From IMG/VR virus record IMGVR_UViG_3300009784_000001, positions 182,418 through 246,417 of that record: DNA of 64,000 nucleotides; one strand, written 5' to 3'. The stretch's first letter is position 1. Each line of letters starts with the position of its first letter. This DNA is from a virus (Duplodnaviria; Heunggongvirae; Uroviricota; Caudoviricetes). The notes below the pieces were generated by a model, which had not been told where the DNA came from, ran no database searches, and worked only from the letters and a program-made list of their open reading frames with translations. Position numbers and translations under genes: made by a program. This document shows, piece after piece, positions 19,801-29,685 of this stretch.

Positions 19801-21819
19801 GCAGTAAATACAAATACTAATCAAATAGCAACAACTAATTTTGTACAAACTCAAATTGCTACTACCGTTCCTGTGGCAACAAATGCAGTTCAAGGAAAAG
19901 CATCTTATCCAAATACAGGAGGATTAGTAGTTTCTTCAGGAGCAGTAAGTATAAATACACCAGCTACTGGTTTAGCAGTTACAGCAGGACAATTAACACT
20001 TAATCCTGCTACTGCAACTACAATAGGTGGAGTTAGTGTTGGAGCTAGATTAAATATTACTGGTAGTTTATTAAATGTAGTAAGTGCTCCTGTAGCAGAT
20101 TCTGCAAATGCTGTTACATGGGCAAATGTATCAGGAAAACCATTTAATAGTGTTAGTTTTACTAATGGTATAAGTAATGCAACTGGTATTATGACTATGG
20201 GAATAGCTACAACTGCTGCTTTAGGTAGTGTATTTGTTCCTGCATCACCAGCAGGATTAAGTATCAATGCAACAAGTGGAGCAGTAACACTAAATATAGC
20301 AAGTACTACAGCATTAGGTGGAGTTTATATACCTGGTGGAAATGGATTAAGTATTAATGCAGCAGGAGCAGTAGCTATGAGTGTTGCAGGTACAACATCT
20401 GGGGCATTAGGAAGTGTTTATGTACCTGGTGGAAATGGATTAAGTTTAACAAGTGGTGCTATTGCAATGGCAAATGCAACAGCAACAGTATCAGGAGCAG
20501 TCTTACCAAATACATCAGCAGGATTAACTTATACTAGTGGTGTATTAGGAGTCACTCCAAGTGCATTTTATGTTACAGGAGTAACTGCTAATAATGGATT
20601 AAGTTTGGTATCTAACAATGTTGCAATGGCAATTGCTACTGGTTCTACTGCAACTACACCTGTTGCAGGTGCAATACAACCTAATATAAGTGTTAATTCT
20701 GGATTAAGTTATTCTAATACTACTGGCTTATTAGCAGCAATACCTGCAAGTGCAACTGTTCAAGGAGTAGCAGCTTTTGGAACTGGTTTAAATATTGTAA
20801 CTGGCTTAGTTTCTGTAAATACAGCATGGCTAGGAACTCAAATAACAGCAGGAGAAACCAATATAAGTGGAAGTACAACTGCTGCTGCTGGTAATTATAT
20901 AAGTGGTATAACATTCTCTGGTACTTCTAATCATACATTAGGGATAACTCAAGGAACAATCCCTATTGCAGCAAATTTAACATCTCAATCAAATGCTTTT
21001 TCTCAAGCAATGAGTAATGGGGTTGCTACAACATGGGCACGTTCAGATCACTATCACCCTATACCTGCTGAAACTACATTAAGTGGTGGAGGAACTGCTG
21101 CTGTTGGCAATTATGTAAATAGTGTAACAGGTTCAGGTCATGTTTTATCAATAGGACAAGCTGTTTTACCAACATTAAGTGGTGGAGGAACTGCTGCTGC
21201 TGGCAATTATGTAAGTGGTGTAACTGTTTCAGGATATGCTGTAACAGTAAGTCAATTAGCACTTCCAGCAGCCATAACAAGTTTAGCTTTAACAAAAGCT
21301 GTTGGTGCAAACACAACTACATTAAATGTTTTGACAGATGAATCAACAGCTACTAATGCAATGAGATATAAAGCATTAAGTGGTGCTGGTGCTACTACTG
21401 TTACAACTAATGCAACAAATGTCATAATTACATCTCCTGCAATTCCAACTGCTGCAAACTTAACAGGGCAAGCATCTGCATATGGTCAAGTTGCTAATAA
21501 TGGGGTTGCTACAACATGGGCACGTTCAGATCACTATCATGCATTACCAGCTATTTATTCATTACCTACTGCAACAGCATCTGTTCTTGGTGGAGTAATG
21601 GTTGGATCTGGTATTAATGTAGCAGCAAATGGTCAAATAAGTTTGAATGTAGCTGCAATTCCAGGAACTGGTGTTACATCAATAACACAAGGAGCAGGAA
21701 TAATCTGTACTCCAAATCCAATCACTGGTACTGGAACAATAGCTGTAAATACAACATATATACAAGCTATGATTGATGCTTCATTAGCTAATTTAGTAGG
21801 AGTTGCTCCTATAATCTAA
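16879..21819 (+). CDS. Long tail fibre protein
   Basis: NPHNVTKAQVGLGNADNTSD, PALTGIPTAP...TNQIATTNFV, AT...LGGV.VGSG repeats, WARSDHYH x2. Confidence 0.85.
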   Translation: MANILQFLHTNQLFPTRGDAITYIDLNRPDPLASIIAEPIVVKYGTNEATASIILGIGTNTKYFYFDTDFLQEEIDTINTTVSSTGTEITTIKTDIATIQSLLNTVITASGLNSNGTYNPTVGGATSLANADALLLNQINTLIANLNSGVQKTHPVISTVSNNLIYSEIDNGIAVKIDSFSYEPTTGVLTLSFNNVTTPYTVNLGLNVIGFQSITFDSTTESLIIIYQTTGGGTQTVTVPVSGMFSKWEVDNPITNAVVLTKTLGGVGGVDKLSGDVKVDTTYPHNILQKNPVNGSLYATGVSDNISFNGTSQNVTDKINSIALDISNAAANAVSNANVYTNTQIAQEVINRNNAIANGVNAANTYTDGQVSVVSNQLSNIQNVVIPAEVAARQNADNALQAQINALPTIDTRITSGEVLNNGTLLRLYYGTATSPNMGSFDINTTTYVQNPDQHLTSGIVASDGSTLTINYGTGASQGSIIIPTTTYMDDKHIVSVTLNNGMDTTPVYDPTLTFLHNNGMIVTAHLDALAGAKGINRFQLAPGGGSLLIETFDGTDFNIPLSDFLGNFSTSTEIEAQLALKQDKLIAGSNITIVGNTINSIEPHQGTVTSIIAGNGLSGGTITSTGTIALNAATTATLGGVIVGSGINVTGGTISLNVASVPQGTVTSVTAGGGMDFSAITASGAVALGTPSTIGPNTSNAVSGNTHTHNVALGFNISDYSTTNQVANMITNATSNVMVNATLMYDLNVNAVSQDLNMFKLSLATNTLSYSTIVMPIATNTNNGYMPYQDHVSIQKLQTDVLGLLSAGGRFVEQSFPTKAALLAWIVPPTVNPGDFTYVQADETQTAVAGKYPTVKYMWSTAHTWTFVIIINEGSYPIATTGYIGLVKGSTANGQSYVETDGTMSLNGYDVIVAHMANTSNPHNVTKAQVGLGNADNTSDINKPISTATQAALDLKAPLANPALTGIPTAPNAAVNTNTNQIATTNFVQTQIATTVPVATNAVQGKASYPNTGGLVVSSGAVSINTPATGLAVTAGQLTLNPATATTIGGVSVGARLNITGSLLNVVSAPVADSANAVTWANVSGKPFNSVSFTNGISNATGIMTMGIATTAALGSVFVPASPAGLSINATSGAVTLNIASTTALGGVYIPGGNGLSINAAGAVAMSVAGTTSGALGSVYVPGGNGLSLTSGAIAMANATATVSGAVLPNTSAGLTYTSGVLGVTPSAFYVTGVTANNGLSLVSNNVAMAIATGSTATTPVAGAIQPNISVNSGLSYSNTTGLLAAIPASATVQGVAAFGTGLNIVTGLVSVNTAWLGTQITAGETNISGSTTAAAGNYISGITFSGTSNHTLGITQGTIPIAANLTSQSNAFSQAMSNGVATTWARSDHYHPIPAETTLSGGGTAAVGNYVNSVTGSGHVLSIGQAVLPTLSGGGTAAAGNYVSGVTVSGYAVTVSQLALPAAITSLALTKAVGANTTTLNVLTDESTATNAMRYKALSGAGATTVTTNATNVIITSPAIPTAANLTGQASAYGQVANNGVATTWARSDHYHALPAIYSLPTATASVLGGVMVGSGINVAANGQISLNVAAIPGTGVTSITQGAGIICTPNPITGTGTIAVNTTYIQAMIDASLANLVGVAPII

Positions 21820-21837
21820 TTAAGATTAACTATATAA

Positions 21838-21869
21838 AAAAAAGTGAGGAAATTAATCCTCACTTTTTT
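21838..21869. terminator. Bidirectional intrinsic terminator
   Basis: aaaaaagtgagga-aattaa-tcctcactttttt between convergent fibre and polymerase genes; contains the polymerase stop. Confidence 0.85.
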
Positions 21870-24800
21870 CATTTTCAGTGTCTTCATCTTCACTTGGAAA
21901 CTCTGGCTTTGACCACTTATTATATATTTCTTCTTTATCTTCATCATCTACTTCCTCAAAGAAATTTTTACTTAATATATCATCTAATACACCAATTTTT
22001 ATATTATATTTTTGGCTCATAAATTCATTATTATCATTCATATAACAAAAACCAAGTAATTCCTTTATAAAAGTTGTATTATTATCATTAAAATAATCTT
22101 GAAGATCTTTATTTGTTATTTCAATAACTATTTTATCAAATTTTTCTTTTTCCTCTTTTATTTCTTCATTTTTAAGAAATTCTTGCCTTTCATTATAATC
22201 TTTAACTATATTATCCCAATTCATATTTAATTCTTTACTGAATACAGGAACTTTATTTTTCTTCAACCAAAATCTTATTTCTTTATCTTCAATGGTAAAC
22301 AATTGTTCAAGTGTATCTTGATCTTGCAATTTACTTGGAAATCCAGAAGATAATTCACTTTGTTCTTCTGTAAAAAAATTCTTTTTTTCTGGATTGTCAA
22401 TTAATATGTTATCTCTTATATCAGGAGAAAAACAAACAAGTAATGGTTTAATACGCTTATTAAATTGATCTACATATTTAGCAAAATTATAAACAATGGG
22501 ATTTTCAAATAATTCTTCTTCTGTTCCAAATACATCATTTTCAGCTTCAATAATTGAATCATCTATTCTTAAACAATTTAATATTACCTTTTCTCCTATT
22601 TGTATTTTATCTTGTAATGGCTTTGGATTTTTTCCTCTTTTTGAATAAACAATATTTCCTTCTTCATCCAACCTATCAGTCATTATAAGATTTCCACTTT
22701 CATCAGTCTTATAAATTGGTTCTTTTTTAACATCCCCATCTCCTTTTTTATTACCAATATTTACATAATAAATTGTTTCACCAATTTCAGTTCTAATATT
22801 ATCTTTTATAACTAATTCATACCATGCTTGACGACCTTTATAACCTCCCCTTTTGTTAAGAGTTAAAATATCTTTTTTATATTCTTCAATTCCTTTTTTT
22901 ATTTTTCCTTTTGAAGCTATATCTCGAAGTGGAATATTTCCATTATATATTTTTTCTATATATTCATAATAATTAATTAAAAAACTTTTGCCATCACCAT
23001 TTCTTAATGAATCAAAATTATTATCAATAAATTTTTCTATATAAATTGGCATCTTTTTTGATTTTATTGTATTCCCAACTTTCTTTTTACTTCCATCTTC
23101 AAAAAAATCTACATAATTTTTTCTAGCAAAATTTATACTCGAATAAGCATATTCATCTATACCAAGTCCCATTTTCTCTCTCATGTATAAATCATTAAAT
23201 TCTGCTACATAAGCCTCAATGCCTATATATTCTTTTCCTTCAACTGTATTTCTATTTAATCCTTTTGAAATATATTTATAATCTTTATAAATATCTGAAT
23301 ATGAAAAGTTTACGCCGTCTGTATCCATTACGATGGCTTTGAAACCTCTATCTTCAAACCATTTTACCATTAATCTTAAACATTGGCGAGCAGTACAAGT
23401 AATTTCTTCTGCTTCCAACAAACTTCCCCAAGGAAAAATAGATGGCGCACCATAAGAACCAAAGAAAGAGTTACCAAATATTTTGAAAGGTAATTGTAAT
23501 TTATCATTTTTAGCAGCTTCTCTTATATATTTATCTAAATCTTCTGATACTTTTTTATATTCTTCTGTTTCTTTATTATATTTTTCAATTTCTTTTTCTA
23601 GATTTGTGGCATTTTTCTTTGCCTTTTTCATTAGCCCTTTATATTTTTCTCTTTCAGTAAGAACATAATTTAATAAAGACTTGAAAATACCTGAAATATC
23701 AAAATCAGGAAATATATCAAATGATAAAGTTATAGCAGGATATAAACTATTAAAATCTAATTTAACAATATCTTTAACAAATCCAACTTTTAACAAACGA
23801 GAAAGACCACCAGTGAAAACCGCACTTTGTCCAAACATTGGGACTGCTAAATTATTTTCATAAGACCATGCCAATAACAACATTTTCCAAGTTCCAGCTG
23901 TACCTGCTGTACAAACTTTTTGATAAGGCATTGGTAATATTTTTGCTAATTGAAAATTAGACTGATTAAAATGTAACTCAACTTTATCACCTTCATATAA
24001 GTCATCTTTCAAATATCTATCAACAATATAATCACCAGTTACTATTTTATAATTTGGTTCTAATGTTATTTCTTCATTGTCATTAAGTTTTTTCCATTCT
24101 CCATTAATTTCATTGAATAAAAATCTACCATTATCATCACCTATTTCACTAATTCTATCACCAGGAATATAAACACGATCAGGTTTTTTAACTTTAGCAT
24201 ATTCAGCAGCATATTTTAAATTACCACTTTTCATATTACTATCTATAGCTTGCGCTCTTCTTACAGCATGTAATGAATCTATGATAGTATGTCCCCAATA
24301 TACAGTTTGATTAAAATATTCTACTTCTCCACCTAATTTAAGCACTGTATTTTTTTTCTTCTTATATATCGAATAGCCAAGATATTTTTCTGTCAATTTA
24401 GAAAAATCTACATCTAAAACTTTACAGCGTTCCATTACAAACCACCAATCAAAGTTTTCGCTATTATGACCAGCAATAATATCTGGATTAATTTTATTTA
24501 AATAATAAAAGAATTTTTCTATACCTTCAATTTCATTTTTATCTAATTCTTCTTTACTATTACCCTTAATACTTATAATATATTCAAATCCTCTATTTGT
24601 TCTTATACCAATTTTAGTAATTCTGTGAATCAAAGGATTTAATCCTTGTGTTTCAATATCCCAAACATTTCTAAGTAAGTCATCATAATCATCAAATCCT
24701 TTGAATTGTCTTTTTCCTGTTTGAATCATGAATTGTTCAACAGGAGTCACACATAAAAATTGTCTGTTAGAGTTATATATATCAATTCCGCCATCCTTAA

Positions 24801-25179
24801 AAAATTGTATAAACTTATTATAACTTAATGGTTTTCTTGAATAAAATAAAACTCTATAGCCATATTCCATTCTTTCAGTAGTTTCACCCTGTAAATTATA
24901 TATATTTAATCCTTTAGTGTAAATATTAAATTCTTCCATTTTTTCTTTAATAACAGATTTATTCCTATTATATAAAGATCTAGCACCTTCTTGAGTTGCC
25001 CACAAAAATGGATAAAATGGTTCCTTTGTTTCTATTCTTTGATTCAAATCATTTCTTGCAATTACAGTAATTTCATTACTATTATAATCACACTCAAAAT
25101 TAACAATTCTTTTTTGTGGATCTCTTCCTTTTATAAAAGTATCAATTACTTCAGGAGTTATATTTTTATTTTCTTCCAT
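21853..25179 (-). CDS. DNA polymerase, family B
   Basis: ExoI WDIETQGL, ExoII GHNSENFD, motif A LDFNSLYP, motif B KIFGNSFFG, motif C MDTDG. Confidence 0.95.
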   Translation of the reverse strand: MEENKNITPEVIDTFIKGRDPQKRIVNFECDYNSNEITVIARNDLNQRIETKEPFYPFLWATQEGARSLYNRNKSVIKEKMEEFNIYTKGLNIYNLQGETTERMEYGYRVLFYSRKPLSYNKFIQFFKDGGIDIYNSNRQFLCVTPVEQFMIQTGKRQFKGFDDYDDLLRNVWDIETQGLNPLIHRITKIGIRTNRGFEYIISIKGNSKEELDKNEIEGIEKFFYYLNKINPDIIAGHNSENFDWWFVMERCKVLDVDFSKLTEKYLGYSIYKKKKNTVLKLGGEVEYFNQTVYWGHTIIDSLHAVRRAQAIDSNMKSGNLKYAAEYAKVKKPDRVYIPGDRISEIGDDNGRFLFNEINGEWKKLNDNEEITLEPNYKIVTGDYIVDRYLKDDLYEGDKVELHFNQSNFQLAKILPMPYQKVCTAGTAGTWKMLLLAWSYENNLAVPMFGQSAVFTGGLSRLLKVGFVKDIVKLDFNSLYPAITLSFDIFPDFDISGIFKSLLNYVLTEREKYKGLMKKAKKNATNLEKEIEKYNKETEEYKKVSEDLDKYIREAAKNDKLQLPFKIFGNSFFGSYGAPSIFPWGSLLEAEEITCTARQCLRLMVKWFEDRGFKAIVMDTDGVNFSYSDIYKDYKYISKGLNRNTVEGKEYIGIEAYVAEFNDLYMREKMGLGIDEYAYSSINFARKNYVDFFEDGSKKKVGNTIKSKKMPIYIEKFIDNNFDSLRNGDGKSFLINYYEYIEKIYNGNIPLRDIASKGKIKKGIEEYKKDILTLNKRGGYKGRQAWYELVIKDNIRTEIGETIYYVNIGNKKGDGDVKKEPIYKTDESGNLIMTDRLDEEGNIVYSKRGKNPKPLQDKIQIGEKVILNCLRIDDSIIEAENDVFGTEEELFENPIVYNFAKYVDQFNKRIKPLLVCFSPDIRDNILIDNPEKKNFFTEEQSELSSGFPSKLQDQDTLEQLFTIEDKEIRFWLKKNKVPVFSKELNMNWDNIVKDYNERQEFLKNEEIKEEKEKFDKIVIEITNKDLQDYFNDNNTTFIKELLGFCYMNDNNEFMSQKYNIKIGVLDDILSKNFFEEVDDEDKEEIYNKWSKPEFPSEDEDTENEKSED

Positions 25180-25251
25180 TATTTATTTTTCATTATCTTT
25201 TTACAAAAATACAAATATTTATTATAAAATAAAATTTTTATAAGTAATATT

Positions 25252-25828
25252 ATGGCAAATATACCAACAAATTTAAAAGTAATTACTTCAAATCCAACCA
25301 GTATACCTAATTCTACTACTTTAACCTCTGGACAAATGGCATTTGGAAAAATAGGGGGGGGGTAATATAAGGTTATTTGTAAATGATGGCTCTGGTGTAA
25401 AAGAAATTAATGGAACCAGTTTAGACTTATCTTCAACTGCTGAACAAATAACTAATGATACTTTCAACGGAAATCCTGTTTATCGAAGAAGATTCACAGG
25501 AAATTATCAATTTTCTCAAATAATTGGTAATTTTGATTATATTGTAACAAATTTTTCTACTTTGGGGATAACAAACTACCAAACAAATCCAGCTTGGATA
25601 GATTGGTCAGAAAGTTATGTAACATTTTCTCATGCAACTAATATGATATATCCATTTAATGCACCACAACGTGAAAATATAGGAAGTGCCAATTATGTAA
25701 CTGGAACTTTTGGTCTTTTAATTGGAGACATTGGTGGAGCTAATGATAGAGCAATATATATATTAAATATTAATGGAAATAATGAGTCTTTTCAATATAA
25801 CATAATATTAAAATATACAAAAGTATAA
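25252..25828 (+). pseudogene. Fibre-tip / receptor-binding protein paralog, frameshifted at a G9 tract (possibly phase variable)
   Basis: ATG 25252 gives MANIPTNLKVITSNPTSIPNSTTLTSGQMAFGKIGGG*. With G8 the frame runs into ORF 25562..25828 (191 aa), collinear with 27782..28573. Confidence 0.8.
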
Positions 25829-25835
25829 TAAAATA

Positions 25836-27701
25836 TTAATTATTTTTATTTTTTTCATCTTTTATTACTGTATTAATTGTCATTAATTTTTTAATTAGTG
25901 TATTCCAAATATATTCTGAAAATGTATTATTGAATAACTGATAATATGTTATCACATCTTTTTCTTGTCCGATTCTAAAATTACGATCTTGGAATTGTTC
26001 ATTGGATGAAGGAACCCAATCATAACTGTTCATTATTGTTATATTAGCAGCATTTAATGTTAAACCGACACCTCCTGCTTGAATATTTGAAATAAAAACT
26101 TTTATTTTTGGATTATTAGTAAATTCATCCTGTGCTTTATCTTTTTGTTTTGAAGTCATTCCACCTTTATATATAACACTTTTATCTTTGAAATGTTCTT
26201 TTAATAAATCTACTTCTATATTATAACAACATCCAATAATTATTTTTGAGCCATCTTCAATATGTTCTTCTGCTAATTCAATTGTGTAAGGAATCATTGT
26301 TTTTGCTAAATATTGTCTTAACAAACTTCCTTCAACTAATTGTTTATTCAAATCATCTAATTTATCAGGTTCTATATTGCCTAAATCTATCTGTGCTTGT
26401 TCATATTCTTTCCATAACTGATTATATTCTATCCATTCTTTATCAGTTAAATCATAATATCTTTCAATTATATCTCGATTTGGTAAATCTTTCAATTCAT
26501 CTTTCAATCGTCTTAAATAAACATGTTTGGTTTTTTCCATTAATTCTTCCAAATTAGTATCTTTTTTTGTAATTAAAACTTTTCGCCCCGTTTTTAATGT
26601 AATTTCATAAGCACCACAGTATTGTTTCATATAATACATATAATCCCAACTAATTTCTGAATTAATTAATGATAATAAGTTATAATAATTTTTTGCATTA
26701 TTAGCTATCGGAGTACCTGTTGAAAGATAGATATTTTCCACTCTTGACTTTTGTAAATAATCTTTAATTGCTTTATATCTATTTGAAGTACTATTTGATA
26801 ACTTATGTGCTTCATCAATGATAACCAAATCAAAATCAGCTTGAATTAACGGATTATCTTTCATTATTTCATCCACATATTCTTTCTTTCTTGATTTAAT
26901 TTTTTTTTCTTCTCCAGTATTTTCATCTATTACAATAGTATAAGCCACTTTATGTAAATGTTCATCAAATATATCATAATTACATATTACATATTTTTTA
27001 TTCATATCCCATTTATCAGGTTTAGTTCCTTCTATAATAGAAATATCATCAATACTAAAGAAAGAAAGTTCTTTCTTCCAATTTGTTTTTAATGAAGATG
27101 GACAAATTATTAAAATATGTTCAAAATTTCCTAATATTGAAGCCCCAGCTAATTCCATAGATTTCCCCAAACCTTGTTCATCTGCTAAAATACACTTTTT
27201 ACTACCTAATAAGAATTTAATACCTTCAATTTGATGTTTTTTAAGTGTTCTTTCACTTTTTTTAAGCAATTGATTTAATTTATCAACATTTACTTCTGTA
27301 TTTCTCCAATTATTTTCAAATAACGGATTTAATAATGCTTTTTTAGGAAGAAATAATGACATATATTCAGTTTGAGAGCTTCTATATTTAACATAACAAT
27401 GATATATTAATGAAGTTTCTCCAACTATATAAGATATTTTAAGTTTTTCAGGAACAAATTCTATATCATATTTCTTTTGCATTTGTTCACCAAACCATTT
27501 TGCAATTTTTACAGTTTTATTAATTAATATAGGCTCATTATTTTCATAATTAGATAAAATGTATTCATAATTTAAATCATTTAATACAAAATTTTTCTTA
27601 TTAGATAAATTGTATTTTAATCTTTTTATTTCTGGATTTTCTCCCTTGTATTCTAATAAAATATCTAACGCTTGTTCTTTCTTCTTATTGGATAAACTCA
27701 T
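25836..27701 (-). CDS. SNF2-family (SF2) helicase/ATPase
   Basis: LADEQGLGKS, IIDEAH, STGTP, AGGVGLTL, QFQDRNFRIGQ. Confidence 0.93.
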   Translation of the reverse strand: MSLSNKKKEQALDILLEYKGENPEIKRLKYNLSNKKNFVLNDLNYEYILSNYENNEPILINKTVKIAKWFGEQMQKKYDIEFVPEKLKISYIVGETSLIYHCYVKYRSSQTEYMSLFLPKKALLNPLFENNWRNTEVNVDKLNQLLKKSERTLKKHQIEGIKFLLGSKKCILADEQGLGKSMELAGASILGNFEHILIICPSSLKTNWKKELSFFSIDDISIIEGTKPDKWDMNKKYVICNYDIFDEHLHKVAYTIVIDENTGEEKKIKSRKKEYVDEIMKDNPLIQADFDLVIIDEAHKLSNSTSNRYKAIKDYLQKSRVENIYLSTGTPIANNAKNYYNLLSLINSEISWDYMYYMKQYCGAYEITLKTGRKVLITKKDTNLEELMEKTKHVYLRRLKDELKDLPNRDIIERYYDLTDKEWIEYNQLWKEYEQAQIDLGNIEPDKLDDLNKQLVEGSLLRQYLAKTMIPYTIELAEEHIEDGSKIIIGCCYNIEVDLLKEHFKDKSVIYKGGMTSKQKDKAQDEFTNNPKIKVFISNIQAGGVGLTLNAANITIMNSYDWVPSSNEQFQDRNFRIGQEKDVITYYQLFNNTFSEYIWNTLIKKLMTINTVIKDEKNKNN

Positions 27702-27781
27702 TTAATTAACATTTATGTATTATACAATAATATAAATAAAAAATAACAAATACAAATATTTATATGTAAATAAATTTTATT

Positions 27782-28573
27782 ATGAATATACCAACAAATT
27801 TAAAAGTAATTGATAGTGAAAATACTCCAACAACTACGAATCTAACAAAAGGACAAATGGCTTTTGGAGCAGTTGGGGGAGGAACACAAATCTATATTAA
27901 CCCAGGGTCTAGTGTGATGACAACTATTCCTATTGTAGATTTAGGAACATCAACTGATTTTATTTCATTAGCTGCTGATGGAGCTGTTAAATATAGTGTA
28001 ACACAAGCAACTCCAACTCCTCCAATTACTACTTCCTATTTTTTGATTCAAACATCTATACCTCAAGTAGGACAAACAGCACAATTTAGATTTGGAATGT
28101 CAGGAAATAATCACAATAATACTAATCTTGCTGCTCTTCAATTTAGATATAACTATGCAGGAAATTGGACTTCATGGGGTTCATATGGGCTAGATTTAAG
28201 TCTTACAACTGAACAATTAACAGGAGATAGTTATAATGGGAAACCTGTTTATACACAATTAATAACAGTCCCTATTACTGAACTACAAGATAATACTGGT
28301 TCTGCTCCTTATATAGCAGGAGGAGGAATATCTTTATGGAACTCTCCTTATAATATTATAAATGACTGGATTACAATTGATGTAGTAAATAGCTGTTATA
28401 TTACTAATAGAATTTATTCATTAAATTCTTATAATGGTAAAGTTGGAGCCTTAATTTCAAATTTTGCTACATCTCCAGATCTTAATCATTTGACAATGGT
28501 TTATGAGATATATATGTCTAATTTATTAGATACTGGTACTTTATTTGTAAGAATTAAATATACAAAACATTAA
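27782..28573 (+). CDS. Fibre-tip / receptor-binding protein
   Basis: Knob-like segment (QFRYNYAGNWTSW), EQLTGDSYNGKPVY motif, C-terminal IKYTK; late promoter at 27757. Confidence 0.65.
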   Translation: MNIPTNLKVIDSENTPTTTNLTKGQMAFGAVGGGTQIYINPGSSVMTTIPIVDLGTSTDFISLAADGAVKYSVTQATPTPPITTSYFLIQTSIPQVGQTAQFRFGMSGNNHNNTNLAALQFRYNYAGNWTSWGSYGLDLSLTTEQLTGDSYNGKPVYTQLITVPITELQDNTGSAPYIAGGGISLWNSPYNIINDWITIDVVNSCYITNRIYSLNSYNGKVGALISNFATSPDLNHLTMVYEIYMSNLLDTGTLFVRIKYTKH

Positions 28574-28629
28574 ATAATGTTATAAACTTTTTAAGTATTA
28601 TCATAAAAGAAAGGAGAGCTCCATTAAGT

Positions 28630-29151
28630 ATGCAGACTAATAAAAAAATTCCAGTAAATAGAAACAATTTATTTTCAAGTAATAAAACATTTGCTTTTTT
28701 TGAAAACATGGGAAAAGAATATATTGAACAGGTTCTAAATATGACTATTGTTTTATATAGAGTTAATAGAATTTATACTAATACAGATGCTTTATATGGA
28801 GAAACAAAACCAGGAGAAATAAAATATGAAACTCCTATTGAATTATATTGTAGATATAACATTGATGAAGCACAAAATAAGGCATATATTACTTCAAATA
28901 ATAGTGCTAGATATAAACAAGTAGGTAATATAAAAGTACATATATATGATAAAACGCTCGAAGAAATGGAGTGTGATATTAAATATGGAGATATTTTAGG
29001 TGTACCTGTTAAAGAAGATACAATGATTTATTTTGAAGTTCTTGATGATGGTAAACGCAATTTTGACAATAAAAGGACAATGTGGGGACACAAACCATTA
29101 TGGAGAACCATAATAGCCTGTGAACTTGACCCAATTGTATTCAATGGTTAA
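28630..29151 (+). CDS. Neck / head-completion protein (T4 gp14-like)
   Basis: GKEYIE...TIVLYRV...DALYGE...PIEL pattern; position in structural module. Confidence 0.6.
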   Translation: MQTNKKIPVNRNNLFSSNKTFAFFENMGKEYIEQVLNMTIVLYRVNRIYTNTDALYGETKPGEIKYETPIELYCRYNIDEAQNKAYITSNNSARYKQVGNIKVHIYDKTLEEMECDIKYGDILGVPVKEDTMIYFEVLDDGKRNFDNKRTMWGHKPLWRTIIACELDPIVFNG

Positions 29152-29522
29152 ACCAACACATTTTCCATGTAATATGTTCTCTTAAGTCTATGTGTAGTTA
29201 CAATACCTCTATGATTATTTTTAAGTTGAAGAATACCAATTTTTTCATTTGAGTTTTTAATTTTCCTATCAGTTTCCTCAAATGAACACATACAATCTAT
29301 TGTAGTAAACTTATTTAATTTTTTAACCAATTTTTCAGCATATTCTTTTGTTTTCAAAGAAGCAGCATCTTCTAAATTGGTAGAGAAAACAATAAGACCA
29401 TCAAAATCAGTTGGTCTGAAATATCGTTTACAATCTCTTTTGTTTGTATAATAATGTTTAATAAGAGAAATAGTATTGTTATTGAGATATTCTTTAAGAT
29501 AATAAATTCTATACATAGCCAT
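29148..29522 (-). CDS. Hypothetical protein
   Basis: Start moved to MAMYRIYY (29522), overlapping the stop of the upstream small ORF. Confidence 0.65.
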   Translation of the reverse strand: MAMYRIYYLKEYLNNNTISLIKHYYTNKRDCKRYFRPTDFDGLIVFSTNLEDAASLKTKEYAEKLVKKLNKFTTIDCMCSFEETDRKIKNSNEKIGILQLKNNHRGIVTTHRLKRTYYMENVLV

Positions 29523-29673
29523 TACTAATATTTCCAACATTAATATTATCAACTGCATTTTCTACTGCTTGTGATATAGCATTTTCAAGTTCTTCTATAT
29601 CAAAGTGTGATACAGAAGATTGTATTCTTTCCCAGACATCAGGGGATAATATTCCAACTAAACAATCTAACAT
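29509..29673 (-). CDS. Small hypothetical protein (54 aa, not in ORF track)
   Basis: MLDCLVGILSPDVWERIQSSVSHFDIEELENAISQAVENAVDNINVGNISNGYV*; fills the gap in the minus-strand operon. Confidence 0.6.
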   Translation of the reverse strand: MLDCLVGILSPDVWERIQSSVSHFDIEELENAISQAVENAVDNINVGNISNGYV

Positions 29674-29685
29674 ATTTTTATAAAT

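Noticed and set aside
21853-27701. Inteins or introns in polymerase and helicase; NSFFG variant of polB motif B
   Set aside because: Motifs are contiguous with no C...HN intein ends. Tyr to Phe is a conservative change with no supportable functional claim.
10925-28573. Diversity-generating retroelement acting on fibre genes
   Set aside because: No reverse transcriptase in the window and no repeat pair differing only at adenines. The repeats found are essentially identical copies.
28613-28623. GGAGAGCTCC palindrome / Shine-Dalgarno-like site before the neck gene
   Set aside because: Single short occurrence; cannot be told apart from chance.
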